A stretch of DNA of 62,789 nt, the filler included, from Sluysia triapertura (Eukaryota): NCBI GenBank assembly GCA_046118255.1. It is 5 parts of 5 records of this genome, joined end to end, with 100 filler letters (N's around TTAATTAATTAA, not from the genome) between each part and the next. Parts side by side here need not be neighbours in the genome. Positions count along the whole stretch, not along the records: positions 23,071 to 37,076 come from JBJNIA010010319.1; positions 37,177 to 51,912 come from JBJNIA010250198.1; 3 more parts are not named here. The stretch is one strand, 5' to 3'. Positions within the stretch are counted from its first letter, which is position 1; each line of letters starts with the position of its first letter. This document shows positions 28,080-41,626 of this stretch, piece by piece. The position numbers and the translations under genes were made by a program. The notes under the pieces were generated by a model. It was not told where the DNA came from and made no database searches. It saw only the letters and a program-made list of their open reading frames with translations.

Positions 28080-29290
28080 ATTTCTAAAATATTTCAAATA
28101 TATCCAACGGAACTGAAAATGATGTGTCCTCATCATAGTAAATGTTCATTTCAACATTTTCTTTAATAGAGCTATCTTTTCTCATGTTTTTCCTTTGGGG
28201 ATTTATAGATGAATGATGGGAACTTTATTTGGTTATTAGGTTATATAAGTTTTGATGTCTGAAAATTGAACAAGAAACATTCGTTTACATGTCAAATAGA
28301 TAATGAGTTACAAATTTAATGAGTTTGCAAGGATTAATTAACATTATTTCTAAAATTAATTGTTTATTGAAGTTAATTCTTGTATTAATATGTAGAATTC
28401 TAAATTTTAAGGCAAATATGAAATCTATTAAAATCCCTTTTATGAAAAATAAAAAACGGGGATAAATTTCCAATTTATTAGGTAAAATAAAACGAAAAGA
28501 AGAAGTAATAAAAAACAATTTAGAAGGGTTATCAAACAAATTTACAAAATTATCAGGATTACAAACATTTCTTACTTTGGATTGGTAGGCAGGTTCACAA
28601 ATGATGAAGCAAACTAAGGCTCTAATTGAATCTCGAATCTCCTCATCGACTCTATCGTAGATATTTGAGTTGCACTTCACTGAAATGTTTTGATGTTTGT
28701 CAAAGTTCGAATCATCAAGGCAGTTTTTGTTTATTTCATCTATTTCGGTGTTTCGATCACACAAGTGGAGTGAATGATTGGTTCGGCGTTTATACTGAAT
28801 TGTTTTTAGTTGAACAACTTTCATCGAAATTATTTACATTATAGGCATAATAGTTGACACATTTATAACACGATGGTTGACAGAAACTTTAAAAGCATCA
28901 TAAAAGCATCTGAATGATCTGCATTATAGGCGTAATGTTTGATACCAACTTTGATATCGATTTCAGAAATTTGTCTTGATGTTTTTTTTATTTATTCTTT
29001 AGTTGAGAAAAAAGGAAAAATGATAGAAAGTTAAGAGGAATTGAAATTGTTTATACAGAAATCTCGTTCTTATTAAAACTGTTTGATTTTATGTTTTTGA
29101 GGTATTGCGTATTTTAATATTTTGTGAGTTAAATGTTATGTTTTGTTTATTTGTGTTTGGTGAAATTTTAAATGACAGGTTTGAACCATCACATTTCCGC
29201 CTACGGTTGGGTAATAGGGGTAAATTAATCCAAATGGAGTAAAAGTGAAATTTTTTTGTGGGTAATGACGATGAACAAAAATTCAAATAG
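28080..29290 (-). pseudogene. Broken ORF of unknown function, possibly related to the LTR-associated ORF family
   Basis: Locally higher GC with ORF pieces 29089-29286 and 28285-28824; no recognised domain. Confidence 0.35.
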
Positions 29291-30101
29291 TTTTAATTTT
29301 CAAAAATGAAAAAAGTTTTAAAAAATTTACCATTACCAAACATTTAACAAGAAAAAATTTTTACTGTATAAGGTAGTTTTAAATTGCAGAAATCAGAATA
29401 GTTTATAATTTAGTACTTTAGTCTTTCTCTAATCTTAAAAATATTCTGTTGCATGCATTTTAGGATTTAGTTTAGTCATTTCCGATTTCAAGTTGTAACA
29501 ATGTAGTGGATTTTAATCTATGTGTGGGTATAGTGTAAAAACGGTTAAATCCGTTAAAACTGTAGGGCTAAATTACCAAATCATTTGGAGGTAAAAGTTG
29601 TCCGATCACGGATCTATGGCATTTGAAATTTTACATTTACAAAAACCTTAAAATGATTTCTTTATCGAGTTCCTTCTATGCTTCTACGAGCATACAATGT
29701 GTTCTGAATAATTATTATAAATGAAAAACATCGATAAATAGCAACCTAATTGTTTTCTTGATTTTAGAAATTAATAGGAAATGTGCATTATGCACGTTCA
29801 AATGCGGTATTATTAAAAAGATTAAACTTTATTATAAAATTATTGTAATCATTTTTTAAATATATTTTTATTAAACATTAATGATGTTTTAAGGTTTGAA
29901 TGTCTAATTGTAATTTTGCAACACAATAGATTATTTGCATCTATTTTTATCCATCATACTTCTAAATTTGTTAGTAATATTATTCATTAATAATTTATAG
30001 TGAATAAATCTTAAGTATATCTATTATATTTTTCTACAATAATACAGTTTGCTTAAAAATGATTGTAATTTATCATTATATTTACATTGATTTTAATTCA
30101 G

Positions 30102-33100
30102 AAGATTTAAATTGTTCCGACACATTATTATCAGAAATTCATGACTTCATAGGACCGATATTGACTCAAATGTCACAAACACTTTTCAAAAATTTAGATA
30201 AAATGTGAGTTTTTCAATTAAATCATTGTATTTTGAGTATGAAATTAATTTACAATTAAAGCTCATAAATAAATGGACTAAAATTTTTTACTACAAATTT
30301 ACAACTATAAAAACAAAAATAATTTGTTTAATGTATCATAATAGCAATAAAAATATTAAGATATAATACATTACGATTTATTCACTGACGGAATGCTTCC
30401 TTAAGTTTGGTGATTTATTTTGAATTTGAAAAGCACATATACACACTTATTTGGAAATAAAACCTTACTTAATAACAATTTATTTGAAATGCAAGCTCTT
30501 TCAACAATATGATATTTAATTTAATAAGACAAAATATAATTCCTCGAGTATGGAATATCTAAAAATTAAAAGTAATACAAAATGATGTCTTGGGGAACAT
30601 TTCAAAATTTTTTCTGTTTTAATTTGTAAATCTATCAAATTGTCAGGCTATTTTCTCGCAATTGATGATAAGACAGTTTTGTGACAAGCTGTTTCTTTGA
30701 TTAATTTTAATTTGGAAGAATTTCACTGTGTTATCGTTAACACTACCGGTAAAGTTAAAAATTGAGTCATTATGTAATGAATTTTAGAGGCTGTTTGAGA
30801 CTGTTGCATGAATTTAACTTTGCACGAATTTTTTAACTTTGCTGTTGAGATAATTTCTTTAAATGAGTATAAAACATTTCAAATCGAAGTAGTTGAATCT
30901 TAAAGCTAGGTGAAATATTGAAGGGATATCATGATCTTCTCAGAATATTTTCATCAAATGACGTGACGAAATATCCATGCTATGAGCACTTTTATTGAAT
31001 GGATTCAAATATAATAGTTAAATGAATAATTATTAAATTCATTATTTTATAATACATCTCGAGAATGAAACATTCAATGTTTTCAATGAACCAATCTACT
31101 TAAAATTCCAAAAGTATCTTTGGGAAGCGATTCAATATTCCGTGCAGGTGATAACTCAAGGACATTGTTTTTAATGAACCTCAATTATTCCTTAAGTTCT
31201 AGAATTTAGATTGGAAATGACGAAAACATATCAACCGATTTTTCTGATTTCAGGAGTAACTTGCATAATTTTCGAAAGTGCATCAAGAGTTTGGAGTATT
31301 TTATGTTATACTGTTAGGAAAATAATTGTTGAAAATTGTTCAAGTTTTTAGTTTCTCATTACTCATAATTTCTTCCATTTAAGGGTAAATATGCAGTATT
31401 TTGACTTATGCAGGTTTGACTTATTTCCAATAACATTGTGCAAAACATTTCATAGTTGAAAAAAGCAAAATTTTTCCCTAAGTGTTGATAAAATTGCATG
31501 ACACTGCTGTTTATCACATCAACATAACAATAAAAGCAATTTACAAATCTATCAGACATATTTTTTCCAGTTCTTGATTAGGCGACACTCATATTCACAG
31601 ACCAATCGTAACCTTGATCGCACAGTTTTGATAGATCAGTTAAAATTTCAATAATCTTATGGCTCGGAAAGGTAAATTATTTTTAAATTTACTCTATGTC
31701 GTAACAATAACTGTAGTTGAATCACTTTCCCATCGATAATAAATCTTGCAAGAAATTCCATATTGGTTTGATTTTTCAGTTTTTATTAAATGTGATAGGC
31801 CAAATGTTTCTCTTACGAAGGCTAAATTACAATTCATACTAGCAAATATTTTTCTTTGTTGAATAATGCAACCATTGTCTTAATTTTGATGCAATTTATG
31901 CTAATAACTTTTATGTTTTTGCTTTTATTTTAGTTAGTTTAATCTTTAAGGAATGACTCCTTTGATTGAAATGGAAAACAAAAAATATTTTGATAGCAAA
32001 ATATAAAAATATTTTGTTTCAAGCATTAATTGGTTTCAATAAATGCAAAAATGTGTTGGTTAATGTCTATTTAAGATGAGTATTAACAGTAATTTCGGCG
32101 TTTTAAACTTTGAATAATTTTTCTAAATGTAGAATAATTAAAGTTAAGAAAAATGATATATAATGTAAAGATAATAAATCTAGTACTTAATTTTAAGTTG
32201 TCTTTTGTTTGCTATCGAGGATAAAAATGAACATATTTCCAAGAAAATATGAACTTCAATAGTCAAACGTATATTTTAATCTAAGTTCATAACAGATTTG
32301 ACGTATAGTCGTATAGTAAACCAAAATAATGGTCCATAAATTTTCTTCCTAAATGTGAATTTTATATATTAAGTTTACAGTTGTTTTTCCGAATCAATTC
32401 TTAAACTATATAACAATATAACTCGTTATTCTATCTCTAAATCTATCAAAAAATTAAAAATAAAAATTTTAGAAGCCTAATTAGGCGAAAACCTTCAAAC
32501 AATTGTATATTTGTTTCTTGCATAATCTTTACTTTATTATTAAATAAGTGAAATTCGCTAGTCAAGGGGTTAATCGTATTTTGATTAGTGCATTTCTAAA
32601 ACTTATGTGCATTGGTTAATTTTCATTGCACGGAGGTACTAAGGCAAAGCTTGCTTAATAAATTATGTTCCTTCTGGTATCCTAATTATCTTTATAATGT
32701 ATAAATAATAAATATTTATTTATTACATCTTGTATCTCATAAAACATTTATTACAAGAAAAATGAGGAAATATTACAGCTATAAATACTTTGAATGATCT
32801 TTTTTCTATATTTATAAAACGCCTAAAACTTAACTTAACATGATTTTTATATAATACGATTTAAAGGAAACCTAAATTAGGTTTTATTTTTATTGAAATA
32901 AATAATAACTAAAGGCAAATTCACATAATATATCAGTTCATTTTTTACGATATGTTAAGATTAAATTAATCTTCTAATAGGAAATGGATTTTCTTTTACA
33001 ACTCATTTTAACATAGTTTTCGTTTTGATTTATGTAATTTTATAATAACTTTGTATTATTTTAATATTAAAAATACCATATATATATTAAGTCAGTTTTA

Positions 33101-35688
33101 AAACATTTTGATTTTCTAATTTTCATTTACATTTGATAATTTTACTTACATATTGTCTTTACAGTTCATGATAATGAATAACTGAAATGAAACTGAAGTA
33201 GGTAGTTTGCTCTTTCTCAAAATCAGCAAAATTACAAATCTCAATAGATTATTATATTATTATTATTTTAACTTACACAATTATTAGAATATTTATACTA
33301 AAATCATTAATTAATTTATTTATTAGACCTACAGATAGTCCTTATCGATATCTTTATTGGAATCCTGATACTCTTTCTGTTAAATGTACTTTATTTCCCA
33401 CTCGACAATTTAAACCAGTTTGTTTATCATTTGTACCTGCTGATGTTATGGATCTTCTTACAAGTGTTACTACAGAAATGTGTGGCAGGTTGTTTTATTT
33501 AAATTAAATATTGTATTTGAAATGTTAATTAAATTTATGTGGAAATATTTATTATCATAATACTGTTCATTATTTATTTCCAAATTGAAATTATTTTTAT
33601 ATATAAAGTCTATGAAATTATTAACTTGGTTGTAACGAACATTAAAGTAACGACATCCACGAAAGAACAATACAGTTGATGTATCGAAAATGCGTATAAT
33701 TTATTTAATGTGATTTAATTGTTTAAAATATACTTCATTTAATTTTAGTATTACTTTTAATTTATGATAAATAGTCTGTCAACTATTAAAATTATTGTTA
33801 ATAATATAGTCAAATTGACTCTTGCTAATTGAATCTATCGATTTAAGGTCTTTAATATAAATGTTACAATTACATTACGACTTAAGATCACTACACCTTC
33901 AAAAACTAAATTTATTAAGTTTTAGTTTTGGGTGCTCAAGTCAAAGCATAAGGTTCGTTTAATTTATTAAAATCGTTACAAAAGTTTTTGTCAACATTAT
34001 TACATAAAAATAAATGTTCTAAATATTTAAATTTAAAATAGTCTGTATTTTAAATTTAATTTTAAAAATTTAATTTTAAGTTTAAATTTAATTTTGATAT
34101 TATTAAAGGTGAATTTTCACAAGTCCGTAAATTATCTAATTCTGATGAATTTTGAATAATTTTCGCAAAACTTAGAAATGAATCAACGTAATAAAAAGCG
34201 CACTCGTACTTCGCTTGACTCCACCAGTGCTTGAAGCGTACGAGCAATATTCATTTATTTTTAGTAAAGCAAGTAAAAAGTGAAAATCTTCGAATTAAAT
34301 TGTGGTAAACTTAAAACCTTCAAACTCATTAAACACCTATATTCTAATAAAATAACAAAAATGACAGCGATATGAGGACCAGATATTTTACATAGACTTA
34401 AAAACGTTTACATCAAAAAGTTACAATCAAGTAGACTTAGAATAAAATTGTACAAGAAATCGTGAATATAGTTTAAATGCTTATAATACCAATGCGCATG
34501 AATATTCAAAACTGTTTTGATGTGTGAGGTGTTTCAAAATATTACAAACTTTCTTTTCTTCGTTCAACCTACGTTTCAGCATGACCATTTTAAGAGCAAT
34601 AATCATAGTTATTTACTTCATTAACAAACTATGCAAATGTTTATTAGCAAGTACTGAATCGGAATATTTTATAGTAAATTATTCATCTTTTCAGAAATAT
34701 CGTTCGGACAATCTTTACAATCAATCTTACTAGTTGAATTTACATTAGAATTATTAACGGTGGCTTTAAAAATTTCGAAATTTTTTGGGAAACATCAAAT
34801 TTATATATGTATTCATTTCATATATAATTTTGTGAATTAATAATGAAATAAAATTTCAAAAATTAAATCAAATAAATATCTTTCACTGTTTGTTATTTTA
34901 GTAGCATATAGTGAATTTTTCACGACTAGCTTTTGAAGGCATCACCAAAATGGCTTTCTATAAGTTATTGTCTCTTGTAATTGTCCAAAAACCATTTTCT
35001 ACATCTGACTTAGTACTTTTAACATCGATTTCAAATAATGAGTATAAAATTATGTAATTCTACCTTTTCCTTGATTATTAAAAACTTTATACATAAAAGA
35101 GATTTTGATAGAAAAGTTAGTTCTATTTCAAATAAAGTTCAAATCATAAATCTTATAATAACTCAAATAAAATAAAATAATAAAAGTAAATTAATAGCGA
35201 CATTAATAATAACAATGAAAATAATAAAAATAAAATTTTATAATATTTAAAATGATGAAAATATATAATAAAATATTTTAAATGATTGAATTTTTATTAA
35301 TTGACTTAAATTTAGAAGTTTTATGTAGGGGAAAGTTGTAGAAAATCAATAAATGTTTAAGAGTATGAAAGAGTAAAGATGAAAATGAAACAGTGAATAA
35401 TAGAATAATTGAAATGATGTATTAGGGTTTTATATGAATGATTATTTTATATTTTATATTAAGGAAAATATAATTTCCAGAACTGATTTTAATAATTATT
35501 TATTTTATTAAATAATATATAAATTATTTAATTTAGTCCACCGTATGAAATGAACGAATTGAATGATGATGTAAAAGAATTTGGTGTGAAACTTAATTCT
35601 GATTCATGGGTTGTTTGTATGAAGCAAAACTATCGGCATTTGATATTGGCTATTAATAAAAGAAATTTTTCGTTGGTCGATGTATCAC
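30102..35688 (+). CDS. CCZ1: Vacuolar fusion protein CCZ1, C-terminal exons 30102-30204, 33327-33488, 35537-35688 (partial gene)
   Basis: Phase-compatible AG/GT exons give ..EIHDFIGPILTQM.. / PYRYLYWNPDTLSVKCTL..LSFVPADVMDLL / EFGVKLNSDSWVVCMKQNYRHLILAINKRNFSLVDV. This matches the CCZ1 third longin domain (FIYFNHMNLAEKST; EIIVKAMSDYWVV..NANLIEV). Confidence 0.85.
30450..32000 (-). mobile_element. hAT (ZMYM1/THAP12-like) transposase pseudogene inside a CCZ1 intron
   Basis: Minus ~31585-31625 reads LCDQGYDWSVNMS (cf. CRGQGYDGASNMSG). ~30695-30755 reads TLPVVLTITQ*NSSKLKLIK (hAT dimerisation motif). Boundaries approximate. Confidence 0.7.
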
Positions 35689-35719
35689 GTTAGTACTTTT
35701 ATTTTATTTTATAATATAT

Positions 35720-35779
<60 letters not shown>

Positions 35780-36997
35780 CTAATTCATTAATAATCATGA
35801 TATTTAGTTATCTATAGATTATATAATCAAAAATTTAGATAATTAAACAGAATAAATTTAGTTCTAAGATAATAATAACAACAGTAATGATTAGAAAAGC
35901 TTTTATACAATTATTGAACTTGTAATAATCAAATAATCAAATAATCAAATAATTAAAATGTAGACTGTTAGAAACCTTTTCACCTGAATTTTAATTTCTA
36001 TTTTAATTACAAAATTATAATGTAAAAGTTAAGGAAATAATATAAATTGTACTTTGTTAGTTTCACAATATGAAAAGATTCCTGAAAATTTATTTTATAG
36101 TATAAAACTATGAAAACATTTTAAAAAATTCAAGAAAAGAACTTCAAAAATATTATAAGCACTCAGAAACACCAGGTAGGAATCAGAAATTGGCAAACAT
36201 TATGAAGGTTGAATGTTATACTTAATTAGTATTTACACTATCGTAACTTGTGTAACGAAATAAAGATCAACAATTATTCTTTTTTAAGTTTAAAATTAAG
36301 TAAGGTAAATATTATAATATTTAAATCAAATACAATTAATAAAGATAGGATACTAAAAAGAATCGTGTGCGATGCTCAATTAAGTAAGTATTAATGAAAT
36401 TCTGCGTATACAAATTGTAGAAAGTTATTCTAATTTCTATCAAGAACCTTTTAATGAGTATACTTTAGGAATGAAATGCATTACCAATTTCTTTTTTCAA
36501 AATTTCTAAACACAGTTAAGACACATACAAATACAACAATTTCCACTCGATTTCCGAGATTTGCATCTAATGTTAGAACTCTCGACATAGTATGGACATT
36601 ACAAAAAGTTCTAATTTAATGATACAAGCAAGCCTCAGATATCTATGATCACGCTCATCAAATTCTTTTTCAAGTTGTACGTCATAATTTGTAATCGCTT
36701 ATTTTCAATACGACAAATATCAGACCACTTAAATTGTTTTAATGAATCATTATAAATTTTTAAAATCATTTAAAATTTTTCTCTCATTCACGTGCATACC
36801 GTTTTGTTTACATTCAATTATTAAAATATGTACAATTTAATCATTTTTTACATTTAATTATTTTTTAAAATAATTATTTAACGTGAATCAATGGTTCTTG
36901 ACCTTTCTTTACAAATGAGATGATCAGTAATCAAATGTATTGGTATTTAGTTAATTTCAGTTTTGTCACTGCAAATGGTTAATTTCATAGTGTAAAT

Positions 36998-37076
36998 CAG
37001 TGGTGTCAAACCTTTTTGCTTTACGGGCCGCATGATTTGCATCCGTGGGCCGCCACTTTGAAATAAATTAATGTAC
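36998..37076 (+). mobile_element. hAT-Charlie-like element terminus cut by a gap
   Basis: CAGTGGTGTCAAAC...CGGGCCGCA...GGGCCGC is typical of Charlie-type ends. Confidence 0.55.
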
Positions 37077-37639
37077 NNNNNNNNNNNNNNNNNNNNNNNN
37101 NNNNNNNNNNNNNNNNNNNNTTAATTAATTAANNNNNNNNNNNNNNNNNNNNNNNNNNNNNNNNNNNNNNNNNNNNTATATTGAAAAAGGAAAGCTACAT
37201 AATTAATATTAACTGACTTTAAGATAACTCCAGAAGTAAGATAGTTATAAGATTGACTTTACTAGGCAAACCTCGCACTTTATATAGTAGAAATCCAACG
37301 GCTGGCCCTCACTGGTAAGTCCAGTACGTTGGTGAACTCACCTTAAATTTTAAAATCTTTTTTATTTTTATTCTCTCACATAATTATAAACCACAGTATT
37401 TTGATATTGTTGTGGTTTCTTAATGCTAAACCTACTGCCAAATAAAAATTGAGGAGGGTCCGGTTACAGTAAACGTCTTCCAACTAGTGGTTGGCGTTTC
37501 TTTAACTAATAAGTTGAGAATCTTACTTTCAAAAAATCTTAATTTAAAAAATATCACAATAAAAATTAACTATTTTAATTTTATTAACCAAACTCAACAA
37601 AATTTAAGTTATTAGAACAGAAAGTAAAAGAGAATAAAA

Positions 37640-37793
37640 TGCTAGACTTCAAAAATGGACTGACCGGTGATCGAACCCGGGACCTTCGCTGCGCAGTTCG
37701 GAAGCTCTATCACTGAGCTATCAGCCCCGTCTAACAATTTTATTTTATTTAGTCAATTTTACCAAATGGCACTTTAGGATTTTTACCCCAACA
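37640..37793 (-). mobile_element. Short tRNA-containing element, copy 3 (TSD AAAA)
   Basis: aaaa|TGCTAGAC...CCCCAACA|aaaa. Best-preserved acceptor stem (GGGCTGA/TCAGTCC) followed by A and TTTTT. Confidence 0.85.
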
Positions 37794-38193
37794 AAAAGCA
37801 TTTCGATTTTAAAATCAAATCTTTTTTCGGATCTTTGATTTGTTTTCTAATTTTATTTGAGTAAGAAATTTTCTCTCAATATATCGGAATCCTTACAATA
37901 ATGATATTTAAATTTTATTTTAAGTGTATTTTAGGATCTTGGCTTATCAAAAGTCAAAATCTCTTAAAAAAACAATTTACTCTTTCATGCATATTTGATC
38001 AAAAGCTCCCGATACGACTTGTATCTGGATTTCTAATACACTGAGTGAATTTAAAAAAACTAGTTTGAGTACTGCAAAACTACTGAGAATTGAAAATTGA
38101 CAAAAATTGTAAGATGGCGATAAATTATGAAACGGCGATTATAATTAAACTGATGCTAGTTTATATACTACTCATCATCCAATGAAAATCGAT

Positions 38194-38223
38194 GGAATGT
38201 TCTAGAACATTCTAGAAGCTTCT
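38194..38223. promoter_or_regulatory. Six-unit heat-shock element in LTR copy A
   Basis: GAAtgTTCtaGAAcaTTCtaGAAgcTTC. A CCAAT (38179-83) and a minus-strand TATATAAA (~38160-67) lie just downstream. Confidence 0.7.
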
Positions 38224-38519
38224 ATTCTATTTATAGAAGCAAATTTTCTTTTTAGAATTTCTACTTTCTTTTTTGGAAAATTAATATTTTTTTGGTGTTT
38301 TTTGACAAATAATTTTAAAATATTGTGAGATTTTAAAGGGTTGTGATGGTAGACCTAACATCAGTTCCCCGTTCAAAATAATTTGTCCACAAATTTCAAA
38401 AATTTATAAAAATTAAAAAAAGTAAAATATACATACACTAAAAACATTATATACATATTTATAACAACATATTATTTATTATGTTATCAGTTATATTATT
38501 ATATGAATCATTGTAAATG

Positions 38520-39775
38520 TTAAAAAATACCTATGTTCACTTCGTCTCCACAATAAAAAGTGTCCGTTGGACCAAGCCATTCATCTTCGGAGTCATCTAG
38601 ATCGATTCCCGGTGACCGATGTTCTGTGGCACACGGTAAAATCAGTGGTTCTTGATGTTGGTAGTCTGGATGAAGAGAAGACGGCGCGTGGAATTGATCG
38701 ATAAATTGGCCTGTGGACTCAGATTCGGTGGAGAAAAGTAGTTGAGTAAGAAGAGAATGAGAAGAAGATGATAGAACAGGAGAAATAAAAGAAGAATGAG
38801 GAATGGTTGGAGGCAGACATTTCGGAAGGAAAGTTGGATCTTTCGCCCTAAGGTGATCAAACAAGAAAATCAAGTTCTGAATGAGATCCATACAAGTCAT
38901 TTTAGGTAAAAATGGATATAATTTCAAGATTTGTTTCCCCCTAATAATGGGATCGGCAGATGAAAAAGACATGAGATGCATGTTGGTGAGGTTCACTATC
39001 CCTCTCAATCAACCATAATGAATATTTAATGTTTTTATAATTAATTCGGGGTAAAGACAAACCAAAAATTTATCGTGCAAAGATACGAGCCAAAAGCACC
39101 TAATATCCTCAATGTCCTTAGCCGATATTAGATTTTGATCGATGAGTCCGTGTATTTCTTTGTAAAAATTCTGGACGCGAACTCGTGGTCTTATGATGTC
39201 AATAGAATGAGATTTCCTATGTTCATTATTGACATCTAAGATGTGGTGAAATGCCAAAAAGATAAATGTGTTCTCAAAAATTGGTAAGAACGGAATATAG
39301 GCGAAAGTTAAATGTTATTGCCACGCGTCAAAATGTTGTACATCGGTGTCATATAAAGGATTAAGACACGATTTCGACTTCCTAGGAGGGATAGGAAAAG
39401 CGCTACAAATGTCGTGGGATATTCGTCAGATTCCACTCTTATAGTATGAGAAGGGTGAGAATACCCATAAAGACAAAAATGAAGAGGGGACGAATTAACT
39501 ATCAAAGTAACCTTGAGAACACCTCGTGAGGCTGCTATAATAAAACTGTAGTTCGTTGGAAAACCAAATAATTCATTAATAGAAACTGATGGGAAGATAG
39601 ACGATAAACTAAAAAGATGTGTGGCAATATTTTCATTAATTTCGGGCTTAAGGGGGTTAGGTGTTGATTTAGAATTTAAAAATGAAGTAGAAGGGACATT
39701 ATGTTTGGCCAAGCGGTCAATGCCTCCATTAAACGCTTTAGTTTGAGAAAAGATTTTGCCATTGGGTTGTGACAT
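38520..39775 (-). pseudogene. Unknown ~400-codon ORF broken into three pieces, upstream of LTR copy A
   Basis: ORFs 39308-39775, 39009-39257 and 38520-39008; the last two are in one frame separated by a single TGA. A homologous copy lies at ~49.2-49.8 kb. Confidence 0.6.
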
Positions 39776-40007
39776 CTAGAATTACATGACATATACCTAA
39801 AAAGAAGATAAAACATAATTACGAAATAAAATACAAACATAAAAATGTATAAGGGTAAATTATTTTTTATTAATAAACTATCATTTATTTACAACCTAAA
39901 TATGTAATTTTAAAGAGAAAATTAGAAGAGACCAGTGCGTTTTAAGAAAGGATTCGGTTTATTATTCCTTCGTTTTTTATAAAGACCATTGGCCTTGTAG
40001 AAACGTT

Positions 40008-40406
40008 TCAGCTCTCTCCTCCGCCTATGTCGCTTTTGAGATTTTGTGAGGCCGGAGGTGTGTGAAATAGGTGGCTTAATAAGTTGCTAGTTAGAAGTGG
40101 AAATTGAAGGAAGACAAGTTTTATCCGAAGGTTGAGAAACAGTAATAGAAAATGAAGTAAGTGACATAGATTATGAAGATGAAATATGAACTGTATCAAA
40201 AATATATTGGTGTTTATATCGATTTTTGTAGAAAATTTTGCAAGACGTGATCGTTGATCTGCGTAAGGGTCAGGATGGATAGTCAGTGGCGCATTGTCAT
40301 ACAGAAAGAAGATACACCTAAAATGAAAGCGATGGGTGCAAAGCATCGCGCGAGCTTGATATTTGCGTAGAGGCCTAAGGCAGATTGAGCAGCGATAAAA
40401 GCTCAT
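40008..40406 (-). pseudogene. RING-H2-like finger ORF (truncated or frameshifted)
   Basis: CSICLRPLRKYQARAMLCTHRFHFRCI = C-x2-C...C-x-H-x2-H-x2-C; the final Cys pair is missing in this frame. Confidence 0.6.
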
Positions 40407-40855
40407 AAAAGGAATTAAGTTAAATTAAATGAAATTAATTAAATTTAATGGAAAATTAATAAAATCCTAAAACTATTAATGTATTTGTTGGTGCTACGAA
40501 AAGATATTGTACATTTTCGAGTAATTAAGACCAGGTGAATGGTGAATATACTTTTTCTAAACTTCTATAACATGTTTATGCTGTCGTGTTAAAAAGAGAT
40601 GGAATCAAATAGCTCCAACCGTAAGATTGGTTTCAAGCAGAGCGAAAAGTATAAAGATATTTTATCAATATGGTCAAAATAAAGATTTTTACCATCAAAT
40701 GTGTTTGAATAAGGTTTAAAATTGAAAATTTCACCTCATAATGAAAACAATACAGTAATTTTCAGTTGAAATATAATGTGAGCAAAATAAAAACAAAATA
40801 AACGTGCAATAGAATTTATAATTAATCGCATTATACCAATATAATAGGAAAATAT

Positions 40856-41626
40856 TGCTGTTTTTGAAACACTTAACATACAGCAAAAGATTTTTGAACA
40901 GGTCCCGTTACAGTAAACGATTTATAACGTAGAGTGGGCGTTCTCTTAACTATAAGGTAACAAATCTGAACGAAAAATTTAACTTTGACTTAAAAATAAA
41001 ATTTCTACTTATGTGTGTTTCTTAAGTATTATTTCGTGGATTGTCTTAAATCTAATTACTCAACAATAATAATCTTTTACTAAATTCTTCATCTATTTGT
41101 AGTAATGAGATTATAAGTCAAAAATGCTTTTTATTAAAAATTACAAAAATTAAAATTTACAAAGATTTTCTTAAAGTAATGTTACAAGAGATAAAGTAAA
41201 TAAAAATGAATAGAAAAATTAGATTTTTCAATTAATTGTTTTTTATAATAAAATAAATTTGAGTATATCAGGGAAACTTAATATATACTTTAAAAATGAA
41301 TTTTCGTTGTTTTTAGAATGCCAATTTATATAAATGAGAATCTTATTCATAAAAAAACTTACGACAAGTATGGATTGATTCGAATAAAAATTACTGTCAA
41401 AGATATTGAATAATAATTGTACTTTTTTAACTAAGATTGAATTGATTGCGAATTGATTGAAATAAGTATTTAACTTTGTGACAAACGCTTAAAAAACAAT
41501 AAGGCGAATAGGAATCGATGGAATGTTCTATTTTTAGAAACGAAAATTTTTTTCGAAAATAAATTTCTCTTTTGGAAAAAATAATATTTTTTAAATGATT
41601 TAGGAAGTTGTCATGGCAACCCAACA
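40856..41626 (-). mobile_element. LTR-like repeat copy B (TSD ATAT)
   Basis: atat|TGCTG...CCCAACA|atat, 771 bp, with the shared family blocks. Confidence 0.75.

Larger units (their letters stand above)
37408..38360 (-). mobile_element. LTR-like repeat copy A (probable 3' LTR), interrupted by the tRNA element
   Basis: TG..CA termini. Shares GGTCC.GTTACAGTAAACG and GGGTTGTGATG..AACA blocks with copies B-D. On the minus strand it is preceded by the purine-rich GAACGGGGAACTGA (PPT-like). Confidence 0.75.
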
